NCBI GenBank assembly: GCA_905178155.1
Contig: CAJINV010000007.1
Location: 3,800,265-3,864,264 of the forward strand
Direction of reading: 5' to 3'
From: Amoebophrya sp. A120
Taxonomy: Eukaryota > Protista > Dinoflagellata
Length of the DNA stretch: 64,000 bases
The position numbers and the translations under genes are program-made. The notes under the pieces are model-generated. The model was not told the origin of the DNA. It searched no databases and saw nothing but the letters and a program-made list of their open reading frames with translations. This document shows, piece after piece, positions 1 to 13,300 of the stretch (its first letter is position 1; each line of letters starts with the position of its first letter).

Positions 1-10
1 AAGTCGGGAC

Positions 11-3000
11 GTGCCAGGACCTGTTGGAGAGGGCAGCCCGAAGCCGAACCACGGAAGCACTGCAAGCATATCCAACTTCGGGACTCGCGTAGCTGCAAAT
101 CGCAACGTCACGACGGCTGAGGCTTCACCGGCCAGCATCGATCTTCGTGACGAAACCTCCACCCCGTTGGATCGATTTCAGAAACGGGCGATCCACCACA
201 TGCTGACGAATCGCCTGGCGATCATCCAAGGCGCCCCCGGAACCGGGAAATCCTTCACGTGCCGGCGCATAATCCGCATTCTGCATTCGTTGCAAGGGGT
301 CGAGAACTGCAACACCAACCCGGGCAGGTGGCGGTTCGTGCCGACGCAGGACCGGCTTGAAGCTGGTGTTGGTGAGGACCTCGGGAATATTAAAATACAG
401 ACGACAAAAGAAGAGCAAGGTTCCCTTTCGAAGATATCCGACCTTCAGAGCTGCCAGCAACTCCGTTTTCTAGTTGTCACCTACAAAAATCTGGCACTGG
501 ACGAAACGCTGAGCGGATTGCTTTCCACCTTCCCGGATAACCTGGTCCGCATCGGGAACTCCAGCAGCCCGGCGGAGACGCCGGAGCTGTCCGCGCGGCG
601 GCTGTTTAACCTGAAGAAGCAGAAGAAGTATGGACTGAGCTGGAAGATGCGGAAGGAGTACAAGCAGCTTTTGTTGAGGGCGAGAAAGCTGCAGCTCCGT
701 TTGGAGGACGAAATCCGCCGGTTTCAGGTCGTGCGGTTCTTCTCCCCGACGATGTTCTTGCTGCAGTGCACCTACGAGCAACTGTGCAACCTGCTATTGT
801 TGAAATGGGAAGAGCAACGCCCGTTCATGGTCGAGGCAGTGAAAAGCCGAACCGCTTTGCTCGGTATGCTTGGTCACGTGTCAGACTTCCTCGCGAAAAG
901 AGAACAGTTGGGCGCAGCCGCGGGAGCAGTTGCGGGGCAGGCAGTAGATGAACAAGTATCTAGAGCAAGTAGCTCTTCTTTGCCTTTCTCTTATACCCCA
1001 CCCCCGCGTCGGCTGGTTGCGGAATTCTTCGCGAACCCGGGGCGGCTGCCACTCGACTACCAGGAGACGTGTGCGGTTCTAGGCAACCTAACGACCGAGG
1101 CTCTCAACGAGTGGGCCCCAGACGTCGAGGAATTTCGAAATTTTTCGAGAAGCCTGCGCGAGGCGAAGATCGATCTGTACAGCACCAGTGAGGAGATTAT
1201 TGACTGGAAGGATGGCAGAATCCAGGACTCGCTGCGCGACCAAACCGAGGACCAAGCAGCCGCAGAGCGGCTGGGAGAGAAGGAGGCGTTCCTGAAATCC
1301 CTCGCGGTGCAGGAGAACGAGGAGGTGTTGGACTACAAGGAAAGGCTGCGAGAGGAAACAGAAAATTTGTACGGGCGTGCGAGGGCGAGTCACGAATCGC
1401 AATTGAAGAAGCTTGACGAGATCGTTTTTTTCGACAAAGAAGCCGAGGTTTCCGCGCGGAACCACGTCAAGGAGCAGGCGAAGGAGCTGGGCAGGAAGGC
1501 AAAACAGGTGGCAAAATTCAGCAAAAAGTGGTTTTGCGACTTGAAGAAGAAAAAGAAAGCTGAAAAGATAAAGGAAAAAAAACAGCACAAAGGTCAAGCA
1601 ATGCAATCTGAAGGACCATCTGTTGGCGCAAGAAGGACCGTAGGTGTCCGCGACACAGCAGCTACTGGTGGAACGACAACCGCGACTAGAATCGCACGAG
1701 GCGCAACCCCTGCGAAGAAGAACGAAGACAACAGCAAGACCAGCCCACTTTCTAACAGCGACGAGAGCGATGCGTCCTCCGACACCGACTCCATTTCCTT
1801 TCTCAGCGACGCGTCCTCGTCTTTTTTGGAAGAAGAGGAGCTTTTTGAACGTGGAGACGAAGAACGTGATAGAGGCACGCGTCAACCCGATTCTGATTCT
1901 GACTCCTCTAGTGAAGAGGACGAAATCAATGATCCTCATGCGGCAGCTGGAGATAGAGGTACTAAAGCACCGACCAACGTTCCCTATTTCCCCGCCGTCG
2001 TCGACAACCTTTCCGAAACTGCGAGACTTACCCTGCTAAACGACCAAAATCTCGCTGGGATGTCGCAGCGGCAACGGATGAGCTTCTTGCAGGTTCTGAT
2101 CCACGAAGCGGTTCGGAAGGTCAACAAAGATTTTGAAGCAGTGCACAAGGAATTCGAAGACTGTCGGGCCGAAATTCAGAAAATCCGGGAGGAAAGGGTT
2201 GTGCGGATCCTCCGCTCGCAAATCATCGTTGGGGCGACCATCGTCGGCGCGTCCATTCACACAAAGGTGCTGCAGAGGCTCAGGCCGGACGTCGTGGTCG
2301 TCGAGGAGGCCGCGGAAGTCTTGGAGCCGCTGTTGCTACCGTGTTTGGGACCCTGGGTGAAGCACTTGATCATGATTGGAGACCACCAACAATTGCCGCC
2401 CATGGTAGAGTCTGACGTTTTGCGCACGCAGCACAACTTCGCGTCCTCGGCAATGCTGAGGATGATCAAGCTGAAAGAGAAGGTAGAAATGTTCTTGAGT
2501 TTTGTTGCTCATTGAAGTAGAAGTCTTTGTCTTGCTTTGTTCTTTAGTCCGGACATTTGTCTAGAAGTGATCTGGTGCGCACGCGGTGCTTCGAATACGG
2601 CTGCGGTAGACGCCGTGGCTTTCGTCTTCTTTCTTGAAGCTTCGAAGCAAGAACTCTGTTTCAAATCGCGTTCCACAACCCAACACATCAGGACCTTTCG
2701 TCCATTGACCCCCGAAATCGCATCTACGCGCCGCTGATGCTTCAAGCGCGGAGCTTACCGGAAATTTCCAAGTACCTTCGAAGATACGAGTATCCTGACA
2801 TGCAGGACAACGAAGCAGCGGTGGCCGTCCTGGAAACTCCGAAATTCGTCGCGCATCCCATTTTCTGGTGGGACACGGGGCGCACGCAGGACCGCGAATA
2901 CAACCACAGCTTTGAAAATCCGCGGGAAGCGGCGTTTGTGGTCCATTTAGCGTTCTATCTGTTCCAGAACGGCGTTGCGCCCGAACAATTGCACGTCTTG

Positions 3001-5538
3001 GCGCCGTACCGAGCCCAAGTGGCCTGTATCGGCAAGTACGCAAGGGAGAAATTTGGGCGGGACCGAAAGAACAAACAGATGCTGCAGCAATTACAGCGCC
3101 AGCGGGACGAGACCTTTGTACGTGGCAGAAATTACGCTGCAGATAAAAGACCAGCACCAGATGGTATAAGCTGTTCTAGTCAAGCTCTGTCATCTTCATC
3201 TAATGCTCCTGCGGGTGGCGGTATTCGTGGAGGCCCGGGTGAAGAAAACGCAGCTGTGGCTAGTAAAGTAGACGGTTTTGCGCTGCAGCCACAGCATGGA
3301 AATCATCAAAAGCAGGAGCAGACTGACAGCGAACAGCAGCAGACCGCAATTGACTCCCGGGAGCGTAATTTTCTCGACGCGTTTGTGAAGAATATCACCC
3401 CGATTGACGGGTTCCAGGGGAACCAAAACAAGTACATCATCATTTCGTGGACGCGCTCCAACCCCGACCACATCTGTGGGTTTCTGAAGCGGCCGGAGGG
3501 CATCAACCGCCGAATCGTCGCGCAATCCCGGGCACGGTGCGGGCTGTTCATGGTAGGAGACGTGAGCAATTTCGAGTATGACGTGCCGAAACGGAACTTG
3601 TTCGCGGAGCAGGTGGGCAGAACGGGTGGAACAAGCGGGACTACAAGGAGTGGCAATACCAAGAATTCCAGCAAGTCGCCATCGAAGAAGAAAAACTCCA
3701 AAGGAAAAAACGCGACCATCAGTGCGGCCAGCGGCGGACTTGATGCGAAAGACCTCCGGATGATAAACGCAGCAGATGACAACAAGACCGCGAACGAGTT
3801 GTGGAAAACCCGGTTCGTCGATTTACTGCGAGAAGACGACCGCGTGAGCCCGTACCTGCCGCTTTGTTGTCCCCGGCATCCGGAGAAGAAGTTACAGTGC
3901 GCAGCGCCGGAAGACTTTCCGAACTTTGCGCTGGGGAAGAATTTGATTTGCCGGGAAAAGTGCGGCAAGGTCATCGACGCCTGCGGCCACACCTGTGAGC
4001 AGCTCTGTCATTCCGGCCCGTGCTCGCAGGCATTGTGTGTGAGGGAGGTAGAAATCCCGTGCAGCAGGTTCCCAGCGACGCACCCGAAAAAAAAGGTACC
4101 TTGCTGCAGCCGCCTGCTGTGGTCGACATCGTGGTCCTCGTCGATTTCAGGAGCTTCTAGTGCCGCTGGTGACGTCACCCTTAACACGACTTGCATCACT
4201 GCTGGTTGCGGCGCGACCAGAGCTATTTCTGCCTTATCTCTGCAACCAATTTGCGAGGAAATCGTGGAGCTTGCCTGTACACATTGCGGAAAACCGAGCA
4301 AGAAAAAGTGTGGAAAACTGCCTCAACTACAACAGCCAGGAGAGTACGTTTGCAGAAAGAAGTTCAAGTGTCATAAAGACCCAGAGCACACCCTAGTCCG
4401 TTACTGCAACGAACAAGAGGCAGACATCAAGTGTACTCAGAAGTGCGGGAAGCAGCTCCCGTGCGGCCACCCGTGCCCCTTGCTTTGTGGCGAGGACTGC
4501 AGTCTTGCGGTGTGCAAAAAAATTATTTGGATCACGTGTGCAGCAGGAAGGCATAAGCAAAAAGTCTACTGTGACGATTTCAAGAAGCAGGCGGAGGAAG
4601 AGGCCGCGAAAATTATGGATAAAAATGCAGCTGCCGCAGCTACCACGGAGGCAGCTGCGCCAACATCAACCTTCACCAGCAAAAAGCTTTGCAAGCAAGA
4701 GGTGAAATTCCGGTGCACCAAATGCGCCGGTTCCCTGGTCCGTTACTGCTACCAAGCGGAAGCAGACATCAAATGCGACCACTACTGTCGGCGGAAGCTG
4801 AAATGCGGACACCAGTGCACGCGGCTGTGCCACGAACCCTGTCCAGAAACGCCCGAGGAGTGCCTGGTTTGCCGCGAAGACATGAAGAAAAACTTTTTCC
4901 GCTTTGTGGACGATTTTGAAGACGACGAAGAGGCGGCAGAAGAGGAAGAGCTGCTGTCTCGTAGAAGTAGCAAAAATGGCATGCCCGGCATGCCGTCAAG
5001 CTCCAGCACATCTTCGTCGAGCAGTGCAGCAAGTTCGTCTGATCAAGCGACCAATGCGGGGTGTTCTTCGTCAACCTCCGCAACAACCCCAAGAAGTACT
5101 AGGAAAAAGAGGAATTTGAATAGGGACAAGGAGAAGAAGCACGTCAAGACGCTTCATTTGTCCGAAATCCGGTACAGCCAAAACTCTTGCTCCGATCACT
5201 TCCGGAATGGAGACAACTTGTTCGAAACCCTGGAAAAGTTAAGAGCCGACGAGGAATTGCTGAACTCTTTTCCGAGCATCGAGGTGGTCGAGTACGAGGA
5301 AATGTTTTTCTCCATGGACAACCGCCGGCTGTTTCTCTTGAAGCAATTGTATAGCGACCACACGCTGATCGAGACGATTTACTACCCAGACCCGGCCGAG
5401 TATGGGAAGAGTTTGTTTTTCAAAAAAATGAGAAAGAACTTAGAGTCAGGAGATGTGCGGGAGAATTTGAAAAGTTTGTGGGCGATAGAAGTGAAGCCGT
5501 TTAATCCGAAGCGGAAAGGGGTCAGCCGTCGCGCATGA
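11..5538 (+). CDS. ZNFX1-like Upf1-family (SF1) RNA helicase with NF-X1-type Cys/His fingers and C-terminal ParB-like domain; probably 5'-partial; join(<11..2482,2692..5538)
   Basis: Walker A IIQGAPGTGKS, YKNLALD, Walker B VVEEAAEVLE, IGDHQQLPP, LAPYRAQV, IDGFQG, VAQSRAR. Cys-rich repeats (CGHTCEQLCH, CGHPCPLLC, CGHQCTRLCH). GT-AG intron 2483..2691 joins KLKEK|DLSS..LMLQARSLPEIS in frame. Confidence 0.88.
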
Positions 5539-6926
5539 AATTAGGGGACGGGCGATGGCGAAACGGAAAGTACAGCCAGCACATCTGCAATACCTTTTCG
5601 GAGAAGAACAAGAAAGGCACATTTTTGCATTTCGAAAATAATATTAAAATGACTCATTGTAATATCCTGAATCAACAACAATCTAGTCCCTTGCTTGCGC
5701 CCCAAGCAAGCTTGAGCTAAACCTAAATCTAAATCATGTAGAAGGCAGTCAACGAGCTCGAGCCAAAACCAAACATAAATCCAGGCGAACCCCGCTGGGC
5801 CCTGTGTATGATCTCACTCGGTGGACTCGTCCTCTCGATAAATATGGTTGAGGTCAATATATGTTTGAATCTCTGAGTACTTACAAAAAAAGATGAGTAA
5901 GCTAGTACAGCACGTAACATGTATAGACGCACCCACAGATCGTGCAAGTTAGTAGATAGACTTGCAAGGCATTTTCAGAACGAGAAAAGTTGATCCAGAT
6001 ACGAAACACTGACTTCGACGGCTGCCTGTGAACGAGATTCCAGCACATCAGTGCTGGCTCATTCAAGTTATTCTCACCAATCTCAGAGGCAAGCCGTCGC
6101 TCATTCATCTTCATTTGCGAGCATTTCGTTTGCAAGCAGAACGAAGCACTTCCAACGACCCCTTCCAATCAACTCGAACTTTCTAAAGAACGCTAGCACA
6201 AAGCACCACGAATAGGATTAGCGAAAGTGGAAACACAATGACATCGCAAGAAATTCGGCCTGGAAGCTCTTTTATGAGTTGAGTATAAACGAGGACTCGT
6301 GATGTGTTGCTTGTGTTCTTCCTTAGCTCCTGACCATCGTAGCAGCAGAGTGCGAAAAGCTCTGAGTCTATTTAGGCACCGTCGGTCCGTCGATAGCAGG
6401 CTCTTAGTTCCTTATTCGTGAGGCTTACAGCGACAAACAGCTCCCGTTTGTGACTGCTACAGACAGCTCATCGGCAAAGTTGTCGGTGAAGGTATGACAA
6501 TATAATCGGTCGTTGGCATATACACAAAGATCTGTCCAGATCAGAAAAGTGTACAGTAATCGGTAGAAGACGATGCTGATGCTACTTAAGCTTAACAAAT
6601 CGCTGCATCGTTTATAGTTAAGTTTATGGATGCAGCAAGTAGGACTAGGACGGAGCCCAGGTTCTTGTTGCACACCCCGAATGAATCTGTTTTAGAAGTC
6701 TGCTATTCGTCCAATGTACAACCCGCAGTGCCTGCTGTGACATGCTGGTTTCATAAGGATCCCAAGCACCGTCGCTCCACCGGACGATCGTTGTTGATCG
6801 TTGTAGTATGATGCGAATACTATACTAATTTTCTTTTCTCTGTCCCCTCTTGAAAGAAGGAAGTTCCAAGTTCTTGCCATATCCGCAAGAAAGACATTTA
6901 CCATGTTGGGCTAGAAGCTGATCCAA

Positions 6927-9900
6927 ATGAAAACTACAAACACGAAAATGCCAAAACACTTCCAACTAACCCTGCAGCGAGCATTCGGGCTTTTAATAGC
7001 CTTTGTTTATCATCATCAAAACGGTGCGACCACGTTCGTCCACGCCGTGGCCTACCACAGCTACCCGTCGGGCGACGTGTACCAGGGTCCCGCGCACACG
7101 AATGACCTGCAGAGCGTCGAGGTCGTGGTCCGGCACAACCCCTACGCGGATTCGCCCACGGTGGCCTTCAGCACGGTCTTCGACTCGACGAAGGCGACCA
7201 TCCTGCACTTTGCCACGACCTATTGTCCGGTGGCGGACGAAAACGTGAAGAAGCTGAAAACGTTGGCGGATGCGAACGCGGATGTGCAATTTTTCACCAT
7301 TATTCCCTACAACAACCAGGACGGCAACTGTTTCAAACAGGAAGCGCTGACCGACTCCATGACGGGAGCCAGCATGACGTGCCAAGGCGACGGCGGCGCG
7401 GCCCTGTACTACGTGAAGGGTTTCTCCTACCTCTGGTCCGCCAACCTGAACCAGCCCGAAACCCCAAAAAACTACAAGCTGCTCCAGGACACGCCGTACC
7501 TGAGCTTTTCCGGAATGAACATGTACCTAAAGGGGGAATTCTACTCTAAATTCGGAGTGTCCACGGCGAACGGGGAGTCCTGGCACACGAAGGAGCAGGT
7601 GGTGGCGTTCACGAAAAACGGCAACAACTTCGGAATGATGTTTCCGCAACGCCGATCGGGGTCGCAAGGCATCGTGGGCATGCAGTGGGACGCGTACGAC
7701 AGCGCAAACGGGGGTCCCAAAACCTCGGGCGTGATGTGGGAAGATGTGCAGGCGCTGCTCACCGCCGTGAAAGCCGACAATTCCCCGGCATCGCAGACGC
7801 CGACGCCCACGCCGGCACCAACGCCGGCGTCATCTTCCTCGGACTGTATCGGCACACAATCAAGGTCTTGTCAAGAGAAAGAGAGTAGAGTCATAGTCCT
7901 TTTGCATATTTTTCGTCCTTTTCGCCAGAATTTTTATGTAGTTGAAAGTGTAAATCAGCTTCCTCTTCGACTTCGTGTGGAAGTTCGTGTGTACAAAGAG
8001 CTGGCGTCAAAATGGGTTCTGGCGTATCTGTGTTCTTGCATCACGAGAAATTGAGACACCTTGTGTCTATATACGAATGAAAATCTCTACAACTACATCT
8101 CACTAACATGCAAGGTTTTGCTTTGATACACTCGAGGGGCACACCGTCGCCCACTCCATCAAGCCCATCGCCGTCGCCCACTCCCAGTCCCGCACCGGCT
8201 CCAGGTATGGTTTTCACCTAGGATTTTCATGGATGCTGGTGTTAGTTTTGTTCCAATTGAATGCAGCAAAGATGTGAATTTCATCCGTCGTTGAAAACAG
8301 TATGTAACAGTGTCGCCATCTTGCGTGATCGCTCTGGCGTCTTGTTTGCTATCCATCGTGCGAAAAGAACTACATATTAGCGTACCTGTACCACTCCTCA
8401 CTGCATGTAAAAAAAAACTTCACCGCAAATTTTTCCCCATCCTTCAAACAGCACCGACGACGCCCGCTCCGGACAACCACGTGTTTTACGGGCAGACGAA
8501 ACTGACTTTCACCACGAGCGAAACCTGCACCACTGGCTATCTGACCTCCACCCTCGGGCCGTCGGTGGTAAAGGGGCTGGCGTCGTTTCTGAGCCTTGCC
8601 TATCAACTGTAAAAATGTCTGGGCCTGGAAGATAGCAACTTGTCATGCTGTTTTTGGACTCTAAAAAAAATTTGTATTGCATGACCAGCAAGAGGGGCGC
8701 AGTTTTTGCTACACGGACAGGGCATTTCTCATGCGGAAGGTGCATCAAGAAGCACTCAGAAAATCTGTGATGCTAGGGCATACACCACAGCCGTCGTGGG
8801 TAGTGTCAGGTGTGCATGACAAATCTTCCAATCTTCCAGACCCAGACATTTTTACATTTCATATTGGCGAGGACCGGGTGGCGCTGGATTCCGTGGCGTG
8901 TGCGCGAAGGAGGGAACTTCTGATGGTGGACGAAAGTGGGAGGACGGTTGAAAATTTATTTGCTCATGAGACGGCCGACGCGAAAGAAGAAGATGCACGC
9001 CGACTTACGAGCAGCACGGTCAGTGGCGACTTCGGGTACCGCGTCTCCGGTTTTTCCAGTCAATCGTCGGCTTTGACCTCGCTGATTGCTTTGCAAAACG
9101 TGGACGGCAGTGCCGGGTCCGACACCGCTCTGGTTTCTGCGGTCAACACGGCTCTGCCGTGTCAGACGGTCAACACGGCTCTGGTTTTATCGCGCCAGAC
9201 CCGGACCAAGAGCCTCGGGGGCGCGCCGGGAAGAATTTTCGGCAGCATGGCGCAGTCCATTCGCAAGGCGATGCCGACAAAGACGACCGTCACGTTGACA
9301 AAATGCAATGGAGCTGCAAGTGCAAGCACTACCTGCGGAGCGCAAACTGGTGCAACAACCGGCACTACACGCAGTACCAACGAAGATGAGGAGCGTGACG
9401 AATTTTATTCCCCGGTTTCTCCCACATCGCCGCAGGAGCCGAATCACTTCGGCCGCGAGGCGTCCGGTTCGTCTAGCGGATGCGTCGTTTATCATACTAC
9501 TCAGCTTTACCAAGAGCTTACTGCGCAGCACCATCAACTACCCTTCCGTCCGCCCACTCCGCAAAACGCGCCGGAGCTGCTGGATAACTTTTCGCCGCCT
9601 GAGACTCAATCAGGAGCAGGAACAGCAGGAAGACAAATGGAGCCCCAACAACCCCCAACGCAGCTGCAAACCCCTCGTGGTTCTGCCGTTAACGCAGCAC
9701 GTAGTAGAAGTAGAGCGGGAAGCAAAGCCTCCTGTTCATCGGAGCACTGGCCACTGCACTGCTCTCAGTTGCAGCAAGTATTGGCGGCAGTGGGCGCAGG
9801 AGGAGCTCGTCCGGTTACGGGCTGTGATTACCACAACCACGGGCCGCAAGTGGAAGCAGCCGGTAATCATGGTTGCCACCCACACATCGTTGATCACGAC

Positions 9901-10074
9901 CTGCAAATGGAAGAGGAAGAAGAACGTCAGCGCAAGGAAGAACCCGCGCCACTGAAAACGCATGTGTATTGTGCGGACGGCACGGGGTTAGTACTAGACA
10001 CACCAATGCTAGATTGTTGTGGAGCAGGTACTAGTACAGGCACTGGAGCTGTGTGTTTGCTTTCTCTGAGATGA
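6927..10074 (+). CDS. Putative secreted protein: hydrophobic N-terminus, thioredoxin-like region, Pro/Thr linker; join(6927..7845,8133..8204,8452..8598,8867..10074), 3' end uncertain
   Basis: ILHFATTYCPVA..LKTLAD..VQFFTI resembles a redoxin/TlpA fold. The TPSPTP linker continues across exons. One GT-AG intron (8205..8451) and two non-canonical introns each restore the frame. Confidence 0.6.
7847..8128. mobile_element. Degenerate introner-like non-canonical intron (TATC...GATA)
   Basis: Flanks GACTG / CACTC (3/5 duplication). Removing 287 nt gives in-frame SSSSD|SRGTPSPTPSSPSP. The nearest GT-AG pair gives a different, less plausible frame. Confidence 0.55.
8601..8863. mobile_element. Introner/MITE-like intron, family A copy 1
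   Basis: About 33-bp imperfect terminal inverted repeat (TATCAACTGTAAAAATGTCTGGGCCTGGAAGAT / ATCTTCCAGACCCAGACATTTTTACATTTCATA). 5-bp TSD TTGCC/TTGGC. Removing 268 nt joins FLSL|GEDRV in frame. Homologous to 15229..15496. Confidence 0.85.
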
Positions 10075-10308
10075 AACAAAAACATCGTGTCTTGATGAAA
10101 AAGGTCGCGCAGGGAGAAAGTTTAGTTTTTGGCTCCTTCCCAGCAAGGCAAGATTAAAATAAAAAGATAGCCGAGTCATCCCGTAGATGTGGATTTCTTT
10201 GTAGTTACAGCGAAAAATTACAACAGGCGCGATGCCTATTCAGTGGCACTCGGCGACCAGGGTGGAGCCTTGAAAACCGCTCTGGTTTCTGCGGTCAACA
10301 CGGCTCTG
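9124..10308 (+). repeat. Exact 33-bp direct repeat (9124..9156 and 10276..10308), partial copies at 9167..9183 and 10309..10317
   Basis: ACCGCTCTGGTTTCTGCGGTCAACACGGCTCTG occurs twice, 1152 bp apart. Both copies encode TALVSAVNTAL. Confidence 0.9.
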
Positions 10309-13300
10309 ACGGCTCTGATGAACCTCATCAACAAGGAGCTCGCGGCGGTGCAAAATGCTACCCAGACGGACAAGCTGCGCGAGATTCTGGGTCCCCGCGG
10401 CGCCAGACTCATCGCCACGTACGTTCCTCGGCAAAGGCGGAGCGGCCACGGACGTAAAAAACATAACATCAGGGCCACCATTTCGCAGGAAGCTGTGTGT
10501 CGAGAGACTTACCGAGAGCGCACAAGAGGGGCGCTAGCAATCGGAAAAGTCCTCAACGCGCCATGGCTTGCCACCGCGCGTGCCGCTGTGGCTGCTTGCT
10601 ACCATAACGGAAAGCTAAGCAAGAACAAGATCGACGCAGCAAAAGTTGCTCGACCAGTTGCAGTGCGACGAGCGACATGCAGATCGACGAGTAAATGACA
10701 GACAGCAACCTCACCCGACCAGGATATTTTTTAAGAAAGAAAGAAAGAAATAACTAACAGCGAAGATAGTATGGTAAATATACCGCGGAAGGGTAACGAG
10801 GTCGAAGTAAAGAGTCGATAGAAAGAACAACGAAGTGGACCGGTAAAGGATGCAAGACTACCAGTGTTCCTGCGGCGTCAGTATGCATTATTGTTGCGAT
10901 GCATCGGTAAGAAAGCACTCCGCTATCTTTGTTTTTTCTCTCGTTTTTTCTTTTTTTTTTGTATCTGTTTTTCCTCATTCACTCGCAGCAACATTGCATG
11001 TCCAGGCCGCAAGAAAAGCTCACACTTCGTAAAGATTATAATTACTCTTCGGAGTTTGTTACTCCTTCGTCGCTCTTCGGGGCCTAGTATTAGTCGCCGA
11101 CCAAACGACATTTGATTGCTAGCGCTCGAATGATAGAAAGCGTGGCCTGTTGCAATGCATAGACAGGAGCGCAGGGGGAATAGAGGGGCACATGGTCACG
11201 GCCAGGACACGCCACCGACATACCACCCAAACGCGGCTTCGTCCGGACTAGTGCGGAATCCTATGCTGTGAAGAACATCGTTTCGGACCCTGTTGATGGA
11301 TTATCGATGCCCTTGTCAGGGCACACAGTTTTTTGCTTTCTTGAGTGCAAATAGCAGCTGCGATGTGGTCGGCACTAATGTTTCGACTCGCTCTACTTTG
11401 TCCGCCGTGGAATGGAAGAGGAAAAAGAGCCGCTGGTTTGCAGACTATCATTCGTGGTGCTGCTTTAGGGAAATTGAGTCGCTGCATGATCTGGCAAGGG
11501 CAACGAAAAATAGATATCATTGTGGTGTTGTTAATGTACCATTTTCAACAAAGATTTTTTGAAATACTCTGTTGTATCCTGGATCTCTTCGACCGTGATT
11601 TTTACTACCTGATGAAAAATGCAAAACCACTTTAATTATAGGTACTCAGGCATTGCAAATTTTTAGATCCGAACGTGAGAAAGAGAATGGAACGAGCACT
11701 AGGAAGATGAATGCAGACATATCTATGCTGACATGACAACATAAATTATCAATCGACTTGTTGTATGGGGAAGTCCAACATGAGGTGCCGGTAGCACGTA
11801 TTGTGCATGTTGTATACTCGTTGACGTGGAACTGATTTGTACAGATTGCATACTAAATATTCATAAGAGCTTTACGTAAGGTAGTGTCGTTGTCTTTCAC
11901 TAGGTTCAGGTAGTTGTCCAGCAGAAAAAGTTTTTCTATAAGGGCCCAAGCCACAAGTTGCTTGCCCAGCCTGTCTTTTTGTTGAAGTAGCGCTAACCAC
12001 GTGAGGAGAAAGCAAAAACTTTCAAGCGGATTCCACGTGACCACTCACAACAAACAACAAACAAATACTCATAAAGACAAAGACACTTCACGTAGACATT
12101 AGAAAACGACTTAGAAAGTAGATTGTAGAACACGCAACATTTTTTTGTTTTGCTTTGTTCTAACTTTATCGTCTTTTCCGCTCCAGGAGGAGGCCCCTCT
12201 GATATAGTTCCTTTCAGCGAACAAGTAGTGCTTCCTCTGCTTGAGCGATAAGACATCAGTACTCCACTATTTGCATGGCTAGTAGAGAACATTTGTCTCT
12301 CACATCAGTTTCTGAAAGCACGGCAAGAGGATGCCCCGCCTTTCCAAATTCAGGCGGCGCATTTTTTTCGAATACTTTTTCAAACTCATGCTGTTGAGCA
12401 AAGAAATGTTTTTTCGCGACATGGCCATACTTTCTTATTGGGTCAGAGCAGTTTGTTACTACTAGACATGATTCGTAGCGTTACTTAGCCAGGCTGCAGA
12501 TACTAGCTGCAGAACAGGACGACGCTCTTGCTCCACTAGCATGATGAAGGAGCTGTTTCAGTTTGGTTTTATCTATGGCCCCAACGACGTCTTTACCAGA
12601 TTGCTACCAGCAGAAGTGTGTAGCAATTTTGTTGTCTTTGTTGCGTTAATCAAAAATGTCTCTGAAATATGGTATAATTTGTGCAGCTTATCATCGAGAT
12701 ACGACTTTAAAAAAATAGTGCTACTCTGAAAACTAGAATAGAAAGCGACTTTTTTTGTGAGCAGAATTTTATTTGATTTTGGTATAGATAAAAATATGAT
12801 GTATATAGATATGAATTGACTTATTGCACACTAGCATGTCGTTTCTGTCGTCGTGAATGATAAATATGTTCATTGTTTTTGCGAAATGAAATGGAAACCA
12901 TTGCAGCAAAGGCTGTCTTTTTTTCTGTCTGTTGTATTATTTTTGGGGAAGCAGTGAAAATGTGAAATAATCAGCAGCGGAAGTTGCCGCCCATAGTGAA
13001 CACCAAAAGCGCAAACAGCTCTGTGCTAGTGTTGCTGCATAAATCAGAAAGGCAGTGTTCATCAGAAACGTCGTCAATGCTGTTCCTAAGGCTCTTTGAC
13101 TTTCACGCGAATCAATGTCAGTTTCTAACCCATCTAGGAACTTTTGTCTGTTCGCGAAGCGTGTAGACGTGCACGCCCACGCGCTGCCTGGTTGTCGTCC
13201 CATTAATATCATGGCACCGCTATAAATGAAATTGTGCACAATTTGGAGCACATTCTGAAACTGCGATTGAAATTGACACTTGACCCGCCCATTGCATGGC

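Noticed and set aside
10127-10135. TTTTGGCTC as a relict spliced leader
   Set aside because: Only 9 nt, lacks the AAG end, and a similar match occurs inside a CDS (~51456). Consistent with chance.
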